Shown here piece by piece: positions 48,901-62,999 of a stretch of DNA of 64,000 nt (position 1 is the first letter of the stretch; each line of letters opens with the position of its first letter). Source of the stretch: Candidatus Spongiisociaceae bacterium (lineage in GTDB: Bacteria > Actinomycetota > Acidimicrobiia > Spongiisociales > Spongiisociaceae); contig OZ241841.1 in NCBI GenBank assembly GCA_965202665.1, positions 1,568,001-1,632,000 on the forward strand. Reading direction: 5' to 3'. The notes beneath the pieces were generated by a model. The model saw nothing but the letters and a program-made list of their open reading frames with translations, was not told the DNA's origin and searched no databases. The position numbers and the translations under genes are program-made.

Positions 48901-50334
48901 AGCGTGGACAAACCGCAATGAGGGAGGGGCGCCAGCGCCCCTCGTTGCAGCGGAAGGGACGGTGAGGCTCCGGAAACTGACGTAACCGCAATGAGGGAGG
49001 GGCGCCAGCGCCCCTCGTTGACCCACCCCCAACGCCGAAAGCATAACCCCCCAATAGACCGCAATGAGGGAGGGGCGCCAGCGCCCCTCGTTGGACGCTT
49101 TCGGGTTGTATTTCCCTGCTGGCATAGTGACCGCAATGAGGGAGGGGCGCCAGCGCCCCTCGTTGGCAGGTTCTTAAAGCCTGTCTGACCATCACAATAG
49201 CACCGCAATGAGGGAGGGGCGCCAGCGCCCCTCGTTGTGGCATCTTGTTTATCACTGGCCAACTGCCAGCAGGACCGCAATGAGGGAGGGGCGCCAGCGC
49301 CCCTCGTTGTTCAATGTCAGCACCTTAGGAGGCACAGCCTTAGAAGACCGCAATGAGGGAGGGGCGCCAGCGCCCCTCGTTGGTTCATTATTATTATTTC
49401 TCCGTGTAAGTAATACCGACCGCAATGAGGGAGGGGCGCCAGCGCCCCTCGTTGTTACCTGAGTGCTGTGGCGGCTGGTAATGGAATGCTACCGCAATGA
49501 GGGAGGGGCGCCAGCGCCCCTCGTTGCGGGCACGCTTACGGAAAGAGCATCCGGGACTCGGTACCGCAATGAGGGAGGGGCGCCAGCGCCCCTCGTTGTA
49601 TAAGGACAGGTGGGCGGGTTATGGCTGGATACTTTACCGCAATGAGGGAGGGGCGCCAGCGCCCCTCGTTGGGGTGGTGCCTAGGTTGGACGGAGCCGGG
49701 AGGATTGTACCGCAATGAGGGAGGGGCGCCAGCGCCCCTCGTTGATGGACAGAAGGCCAAGCCACTACTGCTGAAGACCTACCGCAATGAGGGAGGGGCG
49801 CCAGCGCCCCTCGTTGACCCCGGCCAGCCAGCTTACCGCCAAACCATACCAAACCGCAATGAGGGAGGGGCGCCAGCGCCCCTCGTTGCCGGTCGCTGGT
49901 CGGGGGGCGGATACGGATACTTTCACCGCAATGAGGGAGGGGCGCCAGCGCCCCTCGTTGTACGGGCCCCTCGATGGTGAAACTATCGGGGAATGGACCG
50001 CAATGAGGGAGGGGCGCCAGCGCCCCTCGTTGCGGGGGGGACGCCCAACAGAACGCTGAGGACTACGGACCGCAATGAGGGAGGGGCGCCAGCGCCCCTC
50101 GTTGGGAAACCCCCAAATCCGTTCCCGATGAGGCCGCTAAACCGCAATGAGGGAGGGGCGCCAGCGCCCCTCGTTGTCCGCAAAAGTCAGGGTGGTCAAA
50201 GGGATGGCGGTACCGCAATGAGGGAGGGGCGCCAGCGCCCCTCGTTGGCCGGACGCTGGCCGGTGCCGTAACACCGCGCCGTTAAGTCCGTCCAAGTCAC
50301 CGCAATGAGGGAGGGGCGCCAGCGCCCCTCGTTG
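45945..50334 (-). CRISPR. Type I-G CRISPR array: 61 repeats of 36 bp, 60 spacers
   Basis: Minus-strand repeat CAACGAGGGGCGC(T/C)GGCGCCCCTCCCTCATTGCGG(T/C); spacers 35-38 nt except one of 51 nt; leader next to cas2. Confidence 0.99.
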
Positions 50335-50504
50335 AGCTCGCATTATAACCTGGCTTTTACCTGGGGGTTTGCAGGGGGTTGCGAGTGGCGCGTAAGCACA
50401 TACGCGTGATTTTGAGGGGACTTTACTTGTCAAAGAGCCGCGACTCTTGTCTTGTATGGGGACGAGTGCTGGCCGGGTTTGTTGACCTGACCTTACCACT
50501 CGCA
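50335..50504 (-). promoter_or_regulatory. CRISPR leader
   Basis: Between the cas2 stop and first repeat; minus-strand TATAAT at 50347-50342; inverted repeat TGCGAGTGG/CCACTCGCA. Confidence 0.85.
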
Positions 50505-50804
50505 TCAGATAATAACAGGTCCGCTGGTTGGCAAAGGTTCGTTTTGGCCCATGAAACTGAAACACTTGCTTCCCCTTTCTTCGGGCGGTCCCAGGTCTAT
50601 TATGGCGATCGAATCTGATCCGTGATGGATGATACCGCTTAACTCGGTGCGCATCTCCGTCAACTCCATCACGTCCAAATCGCATATGAAGACGCTGTAC
50701 TGCATCGCCCATCCGAAGCCTTTCATTGTCCGGTGGACTTGGCGTAAACGTTTGTCATCCCGGATGTCGTAGGCCACTAAAAACCTTTGTCTGCCGTTTG
50801 CCAT
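50505..50804 (-). CDS. cas2: CRISPR-associated endoribonuclease Cas2
   Basis: FLVAYDIRDDKRL...QYSVF; 99 aa. Confidence 0.95.
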   Translation of the reverse strand: MANGRQRFLVAYDIRDDKRLRQVHRTMKGFGWAMQYSVFICDLDVMELTEMRTELSGIIHHGSDSIAIIDLGPPEERGSKCFSFMGQNEPLPTSGPVII

Positions 50805-50806
50805 CG

Positions 50807-52456
50807 TTATCTCGTCATAAACGGGACGTATTCCGGGATTTCGCCCAGAAGATACGCCCCTAGTATACGGGCCTGCACCTCCAAGACCCGCCTGTAGGTG
50901 ATTCGGTATCCGTAAGTAGGGTGGGTTACCTCCTGGTCCATCCGTCGCTCGTAGGACTTGATGAACGCCTGCCGTCCCTGCTTGGTCATCGCCACCCCTT
51001 GCGCCCGAATCGTGAACGCACCGCGGCGCATCTCGCCGTTGTTGACCGAATTGACCGCCACCGACTCGGCGATCAGGGGGCGAAACTCTTCCGCCAAGTC
51101 CAAGGCCAAAGCCGGTCGGCCGAACCGGGGACGATGGTAAACGCCCAGATAAGGGTCGAATCCCACCGCCCACACGGTGGCAGTCACATCTTTCGTCAAC
51201 AGGGCGTACGCGAACGACAGCAGGCAGTTGATCGGATCTCGGGGCGGGCGGCGGTTGCGGCCCTCGAAATCGAAGGTGCCCAGATCGTCGTTGCGCAACA
51301 CATTGGAAAACCGGGAAAAATACAATCGGGCGGCCGTGCCCTCTATTCCCAGCAGCGACTCCACCGCCTCCGCCTCCGCCGCCTGCTCGGCTAGAACCCC
51401 CAGTTGGGACACCACCAAATTCACCTCGTCCCGGTTGCGGGCGTTGCGACGCAGAAAAGTACGCGAGTTCCTAATTTTGCCCTCTACCAGCCGCCGGGCG
51501 ATAGGCAACCCGGCTTGGGCGGCGATGCTGACCTGCCGCCTCCGCAACTCCACATGTTTGGACGGCAGACCTTGGGCCATGCCCTGAAACCAGCCGCCGT
51601 AGGAAAACCAGCATACGGGCGTCTGCCGTGAAAAAGCGGCCCGCATCATCTGCGAAGTTATCTGAACGTTCCCGTACACCGAAACTTGGGAAACGTCCAG
51701 CATGCGCATCGCCTGCAACTCCTGGTTGCCTTTGGTAACGGTTACCCGCCCGGCCTGGATGCCGATCTTCGCCCCCTGTTCCGTTACATACAGGGGCCGG
51801 GCGGCCGAATCGCTCGGAGTAAGCCGGCGGGGGGTTTCACGGGAACGCTTGGCGTGCAGGTTGGTTTCATCGGGGAGGCAGATGCCCACCAGGGAACAGC
51901 GGGGGCATTTTGGACTGTTAACCAACGGGGGAGGGGGATCGTGGTTGGCCGCCACCTTCCGCATTTCGCCAACCAAAGCCAAAGTTCTGTTTACCAGAAA
52001 TTCGTCAAAAGGAATCGTGACCCGTTGCCGGATCTCGGCGAAGAATATTTGCCCCTCGTCGCATTGGTATCCGTTGTCGCGCAGGATCAATCCGATAACG
52101 CACAGTTGGACCAGTTCCGGAGACCAAGCCGGGCCGTGGGCGGGCGGTCTCCCCCTTTTGACCTCGATGGGAACAACCGACCCCTCTTCTCCCTCAATAA
52201 TGTCCGCTTTGGCTATCAAGCCTAGTTTTTCGGAACCAAGCATGACGGATCGTGCTTTGCTGACCGGGTTATCCGCCTCCGGGGAATCCATATTCCCACC
52301 GCCGGAATCCACCGCGCGGTGAACATAGCGGCCTTCCACAGTGTCCGGGTTGTCCTCAAACTGCGACTGCACCCACTCTAAGTAAAAAAGTCTAGGGCAG
52401 TATTCAAATTCGTTGACCATCCTGGCCGGAATAAGGTCAGGGACGGTATCGGTCAT
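50807..52456 (-). CDS. cas4/cas1: Cas4-Cas1 fusion
   Basis: YCPRLFY...CPRCSLVGIC Fe-S Cys motif, RecB-like EVK; Cas1 LLGIEG, RRPPRDPIN, LDLAEEFR. Confidence 0.96.
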   Translation of the reverse strand: MTDTVPDLIPARMVNEFEYCPRLFYLEWVQSQFEDNPDTVEGRYVHRAVDSGGGNMDSPEADNPVSKARSVMLGSEKLGLIAKADIIEGEEGSVVPIEVKRGRPPAHGPAWSPELVQLCVIGLILRDNGYQCDEGQIFFAEIRQRVTIPFDEFLVNRTLALVGEMRKVAANHDPPPPLVNSPKCPRCSLVGICLPDETNLHAKRSRETPRRLTPSDSAARPLYVTEQGAKIGIQAGRVTVTKGNQELQAMRMLDVSQVSVYGNVQITSQMMRAAFSRQTPVCWFSYGGWFQGMAQGLPSKHVELRRRQVSIAAQAGLPIARRLVEGKIRNSRTFLRRNARNRDEVNLVVSQLGVLAEQAAEAEAVESLLGIEGTAARLYFSRFSNVLRNDDLGTFDFEGRNRRPPRDPINCLLSFAYALLTKDVTATVWAVGFDPYLGVYHRPRFGRPALALDLAEEFRPLIAESVAVNSVNNGEMRRGAFTIRAQGVAMTKQGRQAFIKSYERRMDQEVTHPTYGYRITYRRVLEVQARILGAYLLGEIPEYVPFMTR

Positions 52457-52457
52457 T

Positions 52458-57806
<5,349 letters not shown>

Positions 57807-57810
57807 GACG

Positions 57811-59031
57811 TCACTCCCCGGGTTGCTGGGCGGCCGACAGTTCGCGGCTGCGCTTGATCAAATCGGCCAACTTGGGGGCGGGGACCATTTTGATCTCGTC
57901 GGTTTCCCATCCGATTCCCTGCTCCGCCGCATAGGAGGCGGCCCGTTGCAGGATGTCGGCCGCCGTTGACTGGTCCAGATCCACCGTCTCGGCCGGGGAT
58001 CCGTCCCGGCCCAGCAACTCCACGCGGGGGGAATGTTCGGGTATCAGCAGGCACCGCGACCGCAGGTCGTAGTCCATCTCGTGCTGGTAGGCGATGGCCG
58101 CCACCCCCAGGGCCGCCACCGCGGTGCGGGCCGCGGTTTCCGCCGCCCGGCTGTGCCCGGCGAACCGCAAACGCCGCAGGGCGGCCAGCGAGATGACCGT
58201 GATGTGCACCGCGGAGGAAATGGTTACCCCTCCCGCGTCGCCGTCTATGGAAGGAGCGATGTTTCCGTGGTTGATCTCGGAAGGGCGGCCCTCGCCTTTC
58301 GCTTTCGGCTTGCCTTTGTCTTGGACGGCTTCCGCCGGGTCCATCGTCCACACTTGGTCGGAGTCCCGGTGTTCGTAGATTTCCCGGTTGGCCGCTTCCT
58401 TCTCGATCTGCAAGGGGTCCAGCCTACTGCTTACTTTCCGCCCCGCTTCGGCGTCCAAGCCCACGATCTCCGATACGTAGGCCCGCTGGAATTTGGAGCC
58501 CAGCCCGCCTTTCGGCCCGGTGGAATCCCACATCCCGAACAGCAACCCGGTGGGGGAGTAGCGGAACAGGGCGGCGGCGTTGCGGGGGGTGGCGTCGGTG
58601 ACGGCCCGTCCCATATCCGAAAGCCGGAACAAAGTGCCGTCCAACAGGCTGTCCCGGAAGATGGCGTCGGCCAGGCGGTGCGGTGCTTCCAGCACGGTCA
58701 ACTTGCCCAAGTCGGCCAGATCCGCGTCCTCGGTGAAATCCACGAACGGAACCGGAAAGGACAGTTCCCCTCGTTCGTGGCCTTCCAGCAAGGCCAGCTC
58801 GGCCCGGTTGGCTTGGGAGGCCACCGAATCCAGCAGGACGGAGGTGGAAACCTTGTCGCCCTCCCCCAACCGGCGTTCCTCCGTGGCGTACTTGCTGCCC
58901 GAGCCGACCGCATAGGTGGGGGGGAACACTTTGTCCCCCGCCCCGCCCGCCGGTTGCAGGGCGGTGCGCGACCGCAGTGCCACCGCGGCCCCCTCCACCG
59001 CCTCTTTAAGTCTTTCGAATGTCAAAGCCAT
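57811..59031 (-). CDS. csb1: Type I-G Cas7 backbone (Csb1)
   Basis: LQPAGG..DKVFPPTY, LLDSVASQANRAE, PHRLAD, FGMWDS, LRSRCLL. Confidence 0.95.
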   Translation of the reverse strand: MALTFERLKEAVEGAAVALRSRTALQPAGGAGDKVFPPTYAVGSGSKYATEERRLGEGDKVSTSVLLDSVASQANRAELALLEGHERGELSFPVPFVDFTEDADLADLGKLTVLEAPHRLADAIFRDSLLDGTLFRLSDMGRAVTDATPRNAAALFRYSPTGLLFGMWDSTGPKGGLGSKFQRAYVSEIVGLDAEAGRKVSSRLDPLQIEKEAANREIYEHRDSDQVWTMDPAEAVQDKGKPKAKGEGRPSEINHGNIAPSIDGDAGGVTISSAVHITVISLAALRRLRFAGHSRAAETAARTAVAALGVAAIAYQHEMDYDLRSRCLLIPEHSPRVELLGRDGSPAETVDLDQSTAADILQRAASYAAEQGIGWETDEIKMVPAPKLADLIKRSRELSAAQQPGE

Positions 59032-59059
59032 TTCTTGGCCTCCTCTCTTATTCTATCTG

Positions 59060-59084
59060 TTTTATTAATGAGGTAAAGATTATA
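59060..59084 (-). promoter_or_regulatory. cas operon promoter (-10 box and predicted TSS region)
   Basis: Minus-strand TATAAT at 59084-59079; GAGGAGG SD before the csb1 ATG. Confidence 0.75.
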
Positions 59085-59142
59085 CCCTAAACGAAATTTT
59101 GAATGCCTGCAAATTGAAATGAACGGCGAGGGTGGGTGTTAT

Positions 59143-59220
59143 CATCAAAGGCGTGGCCGGCCCGCCCCTCATTGCGGCTTTTAGTAATGCGGTGCCCGGC
59201 CTTGGGCGTAACCGCACCGG
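59143..59220 (+). ncRNA. Candidate crRNA-like regulatory RNA (solitary degenerate repeat plus self-promoter-matching spacer)
   Basis: Ends in CCCTCATTGCGGC like the array repeat; the next 15 nt match 59060-59074 except positions 6 and 12; TGtTATCAT extended -10 upstream; hairpin downstream. Confidence 0.75.
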
Positions 59221-59450
59221 CGGGCGTCGGCCACCTAAGTTGATCCGGACGTTCAGTTGTCATACGCCTCCTTCTGTTCGGTTGCGCACAGGTTGGCAGG
59301 GGGGTGTGACAAAAACGGGGGATGGGCGGAGAACGCGAAAAAAATACTTAGGGCCGGGTTCGGCGGGGGTCGGGCGGAGATCGGATTTACAGCGAGAGTG
59401 ATTGGCGCAAGGGCGCAACGAGCCGACCTGGGGGAGCGGTGGGGAGAGGG

Positions 59451-59523
59451 TGGGCCCGGCGGGAATCGAACCCGCGACCTTCGGATTAAAAGTCCGCTGC
59501 TCTGCCGATTGAGCTACAGGCCC
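59451..59523 (-). tRNA. tRNA-Lys(TTT)
   Basis: GGGCCTGTAGCTCAATCGG...CGGA-CTTTTAA-TCCG...GGTTCGATTCC...GGGCCCA. Confidence 0.96.
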
Positions 59524-59584
59524 GCCGGTAAGACTAGCCGAACCTACAACCCCTCCGGACCGCCGTCCCGATAAGCTGAGGCGG

Positions 59585-61384
59585 ATGATACGTTACGGCT
59601 ATTCGGGGATGCCGTCCGCCGGGGTTGACGACGGGGAGTTTCTGGACGGGCTGGCGGAACGGGGCCATCAGGCCTTTGAGTTGTCTTTTGCCAAAGGCTT
59701 CCCGTGGGAGGAAAAACGCTGCGCCTCGTTCGCCGTCGCCGCCGCCGAACGGGGCATTCGCCTCACCGCCCACGCCCCCTACTTCGCCACGCTCACCGTC
59801 GCCGACCAGGAGCGGGCCAAGCGGTGCCGCTCCGCCATGGAGCACGCCGTAAAATTGGGGGCGGAGCTGGACGCCCGGCTGGTGGTGGCCCATTTGGGGG
59901 CGTTGCGGGACGAAACCGCCGACCGCGTCTTCCCCCGCGTTCGGAAGCATCTGGACTGGATGGGCGGCAAAATCTCCCATTTGGGGGTGGGGCTGGGTTT
60001 GGAGACGGCGGGCAAAGCCAACCAGTTGGGCAGCCTGGGCGACATCGCCTTGCTGGCCGCGGAGTTTCCTTTCATCCGTCCGGTGGTGGATTGGGCGCAC
60101 CTGCACGCCGTCACCAGGGGCGGCTTCCGCTCGCCGGAGCCTTTCACGGAGGTGTTCGGTTTTCTGCGGGACAACTTCCCGGCCTGGATGCTGGATTCCC
60201 TCCACACCCATTTCAGCGATGTGCTTTTCGGGGAGGCGGGGGAGATACGGCACCTTCCCTACGGGGAGGGGACTTTGCGGGCCGCCCCTTTGGCGGAGGC
60301 GGTCCGGCGGGCGGGCCTGCGCATCACGGTCATCTCCGAATCCCGCCATCAAGCGTCGCACGACGCCATCCATCGGGAGATTCGGGAAACCTGGGCCGCG
60401 CCCCTCCCGGAGCCGGATGACATCCCAGTCGCCAGCGGACTGGTCGACTTCCCGTTCGTTCCCCGCGCCCGGCCCGCCGCCCGCGGATTTGAGACATCCG
60501 GCCCCCGCCCTCTCCGCCTCACCAACCTGGACAAGCCTTTTTTCCCGGACGGTTTCACGAAGGGCGACCTGATCTCCTACTACGCCTCCGTCGCCCCGGT
60601 CCTCGTTCCCCACTTGGCGGGGCGGGCCATCGTGATGTCCCGTTACCCGGATGGGGCGGAAGGCGCCTCTTTTTACGAGAAGCAGGCCCCCGGCCATCAG
60701 CCGGAGTGGATGCCCCTCGCCCCGTTGGATTCGGCCCGGCGGGGCGGGGCGATCGAATATGTGACGGCCGGGGACGCCGAGTCCCTTATGTGGCTGGCCA
60801 ATATGGGATGCATAGAAATCCACTCCTGGCTGTCCCGGACGGAAACGGCGCGGTTCCCCGACTTCGCAGTGTTCGATTTGGACCCGGCCCGGGGCGCAAC
60901 CTGGGAGCAGGTGGTGGAAACCGCCCAACTGCTGAAAACGGCCCTGGACCAACTTGGTTTGCGCGGTTGCCCCAAGACGTCCGGAGCGCGGGGCCTGCAC
61001 GTCTATGTTCCGTTGCAACCGGTGCATGAATACGAGCGGGTGCGCCGGTTCGTGGAACGGCTGGGCGGGGCGCTGGCCGCCGCCGACCCGGGCAATGTAA
61101 CCATGGAGCGGCGCATCCCCCATCGGGCGGGCCGGGTTTTCATCGATTCCGGACAGAATCGGGGCGGGGCCACCCTGGCCGCCGCCTACTCGGTCCGCCC
61201 CCGGCCCGGAGCCCCGGTGTCCGCTCCGCTCCTGTGGGGGGAGTTGGAGGGGATACGCCCCGCTGATTTCACCATCGCCTCCATTTGGGAGCGTATTGCC
61301 CGCCACGGCGATCCGTTCGCCCCGGTCTTGGCCGGCGGGCAGATGTTGGATGAGGCCGAAACCGAACTGGGCTTAACCTCCTGA
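59585..61384 (+). CDS. Fusion of endonuclease IV-like TIM barrel and LigD-type primase-polymerase (AEP) domain
   Basis: HAPY, VAHLG, LETAG, DWAHLH, HTHFSD, ISES; then LTNLDKPFFP, RYPDG, FDLDP, KTSGARGLHV, YSVRPRP. Confidence 0.88.
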   Translation: MIRYGYSGMPSAGVDDGEFLDGLAERGHQAFELSFAKGFPWEEKRCASFAVAAAERGIRLTAHAPYFATLTVADQERAKRCRSAMEHAVKLGAELDARLVVAHLGALRDETADRVFPRVRKHLDWMGGKISHLGVGLGLETAGKANQLGSLGDIALLAAEFPFIRPVVDWAHLHAVTRGGFRSPEPFTEVFGFLRDNFPAWMLDSLHTHFSDVLFGEAGEIRHLPYGEGTLRAAPLAEAVRRAGLRITVISESRHQASHDAIHREIRETWAAPLPEPDDIPVASGLVDFPFVPRARPAARGFETSGPRPLRLTNLDKPFFPDGFTKGDLISYYASVAPVLVPHLAGRAIVMSRYPDGAEGASFYEKQAPGHQPEWMPLAPLDSARRGGAIEYVTAGDAESLMWLANMGCIEIHSWLSRTETARFPDFAVFDLDPARGATWEQVVETAQLLKTALDQLGLRGCPKTSGARGLHVYVPLQPVHEYERVRRFVERLGGALAAADPGNVTMERRIPHRAGRVFIDSGQNRGGATLAAAYSVRPRPGAPVSAPLLWGELEGIRPADFTIASIWERIARHGDPFAPVLAGGQMLDEAETELGLTS

Positions 61385-61481
61385 CAACTTTGATAACAAC
61401 CGCCCGGCGCGCTAGTTTGGGAGGAGGGGCCCGTCCGGAGGCGGGAGGCGGAGAGCCGGAAATCTAGGAAAGGGAACCGTT

Positions 61482-61955
61482 ATGGACATCGAACTTTGGC
61501 GGTGGATATGGACCATTTTTGCGGTGCTGATGCTGATCGGCGAAACCATCAGCCTGGGTTTTTTTCTGCTCCCGTTCGGGGTGGGCGGGGCGCTGGCGGC
61601 CGTCGCCGCTTGGATAGGTTGGAATTTGGCGGTGCAATGGTTGCTCTTTTTCGTCGGCACCGGAGCGGCTTTTCTGGTGGTGCGCCGCTACATCAGCCGA
61701 CAGGACGAAGACGACGGGCTTCTCATCGGTCCGGAACGTTACGTGGGGGAGCGGGGGCTGATTTTGGAGACGGTGGATATGGAGGCCAACACCGGTTTGG
61801 TGCGGGTGCAGGCCGATGAGTGGCGGGCCATCACCGACGGGGAGCCGATTCCGGAGGGGGCGGAGGTGGAGGTGGCGGAAGTGCGCGGCACCCGGCTGGT
61901 GGTGTCGCAAATAGACGACGGAGGCGGGGCGGGGACGCCCGGCGAAACTCCCTAG
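61482..61955 (+). CDS. NfeD family protein
   Basis: N-terminal TM helices, C-terminal OB fold (GLVRVQADEWRA); precedes the SPFH gene. Confidence 0.9.
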   Translation: MDIELWRWIWTIFAVLMLIGETISLGFFLLPFGVGGALAAVAAWIGWNLAVQWLLFFVGTGAAFLVVRRYISRQDEDDGLLIGPERYVGERGLILETVDMEANTGLVRVQADEWRAITDGEPIPEGAEVEVAEVRGTRLVVSQIDDGGGAGTPGETP

Positions 61956-61989
61956 ATTGAAAAAGACCCTGTAAACAAAGGAGAAGACA

Positions 61990-62919
61990 ATGGCCACTGC
62001 CGGCATTATTTTGCTATCGGTCATCACCGCGGTTCTGTTGCTGATCGCGATTACCGGTTTCCGCATCATCCGCCCCTTCGAGCAGGGGTTGGTGGAACTG
62101 CTGGGCAAGTACCGGAACACGGTGTCCCCCGGCCTGCGGTTCGTGATTCCGTTCCTGCAACGGTTGTTGAAAGTGGATATGCGGGAGCAGGTGGTGGACG
62201 TGCCGCCCCAGGAGGTGATCACCAAGGACAACGTGGTGGTCACTGTGGACGCGGTCATCTATTACGAAGCCACCGATCCGGTGAAACTGAAGTACGCGGT
62301 GGGCAACTTCATTTTGGCCATCACCAAACTGGCCCAGACCAACCTGCGGAACGTGGTGGGCGATCTGCAATTGGACGAGGCACTGGTGTCGCGGGAGCTT
62401 ATCAACAGCAAACTGCGGCAGATTCTGGACGACGCCACCGACAAGTGGGGGACGCGGGTGGTGCGGGTGGAAATCCAGCGCATCGAACCGCCGCCGGATG
62501 TCACCGACGCCATGCACCGCCAGATGAAGGCCGAACGGGACCGGCGGGCGGCGGTGACCGAAGCGGAAGGCGACAAGCGGGCCGCCATTCTCACCGCCGA
62601 AGGGGTGAAAGAGGCGGCTATCCTGCGGGCGGAGGGGGAAGCGGAGGCCATCAAGCGGGTGGCGGACGCCGACAAGTATCAGAAGCTGACCGTGGCCGAA
62701 GGGGAAGGCCAGGCCATCGAGCGGGTGTTCGCGGCCATCCACAACGGCGATCCCACCGAAGATCTGATCGCCATCAAATATTTGGAGGCGTTGCAGGGCG
62801 TGGCCGACGGCAAGGCCACCAAGATTTTCCTGCCTTTGGACACTTCGGGGGTGCTGGGGGCGGTGGCCGCCATGGGCGAAATGTGGAAGGAGCGGGCCGC
62901 CGCCGCGGAATCCGAATAG
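61990..62919 (+). CDS. SPFH/band 7 (stomatin-like) protein
   Basis: [30 protein letters not shown] repeats. Confidence 0.95.
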   Translation: MATAGIILLSVITAVLLLIAITGFRIIRPFEQGLVELLGKYRNTVSPGLRFVIPFLQRLLKVDMREQVVDVPPQEVITKDNVVVTVDAVIYYEATDPVKLKYAVGNFILAITKLAQTNLRNVVGDLQLDEALVSRELINSKLRQILDDATDKWGTRVVRVEIQRIEPPPDVTDAMHRQMKAERDRRAAVTEAEGDKRAAILTAEGVKEAAILRAEGEAEAIKRVADADKYQKLTVAEGEGQAIERVFAAIHNGDPTEDLIAIKYLEALQGVADGKATKIFLPLDTSGVLGAVAAMGEMWKERAAAAESE

Positions 62920-62955
62920 CCGCCGGCCCTAGGGGGCGGGCGGGAAGAGGCCGAG

Positions 62956-62980
62956 CCGTCCCTCCGCCGGAGGGACGGCC
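62956..62980. terminator. Hairpin between convergent genes
   Basis: GCCGTCCCTCC-GCC-GGAGGGACGGC. Confidence 0.7.
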
Positions 62981-62999
62981 CCTTTAGACCGGGGGGAGG

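Noticed and set aside
45981-50298. Self-targeting array spacers within this window
   Set aside because: None noticed by eye; an exhaustive alignment could not be run, so this remains unverified
45905-50334. Dozens of ORFs with MREGRRRPSL / RNEGGAPAPLV / QRGALAPLPHCG repeats
   Set aside because: Translations of the CRISPR repeat, not proteins
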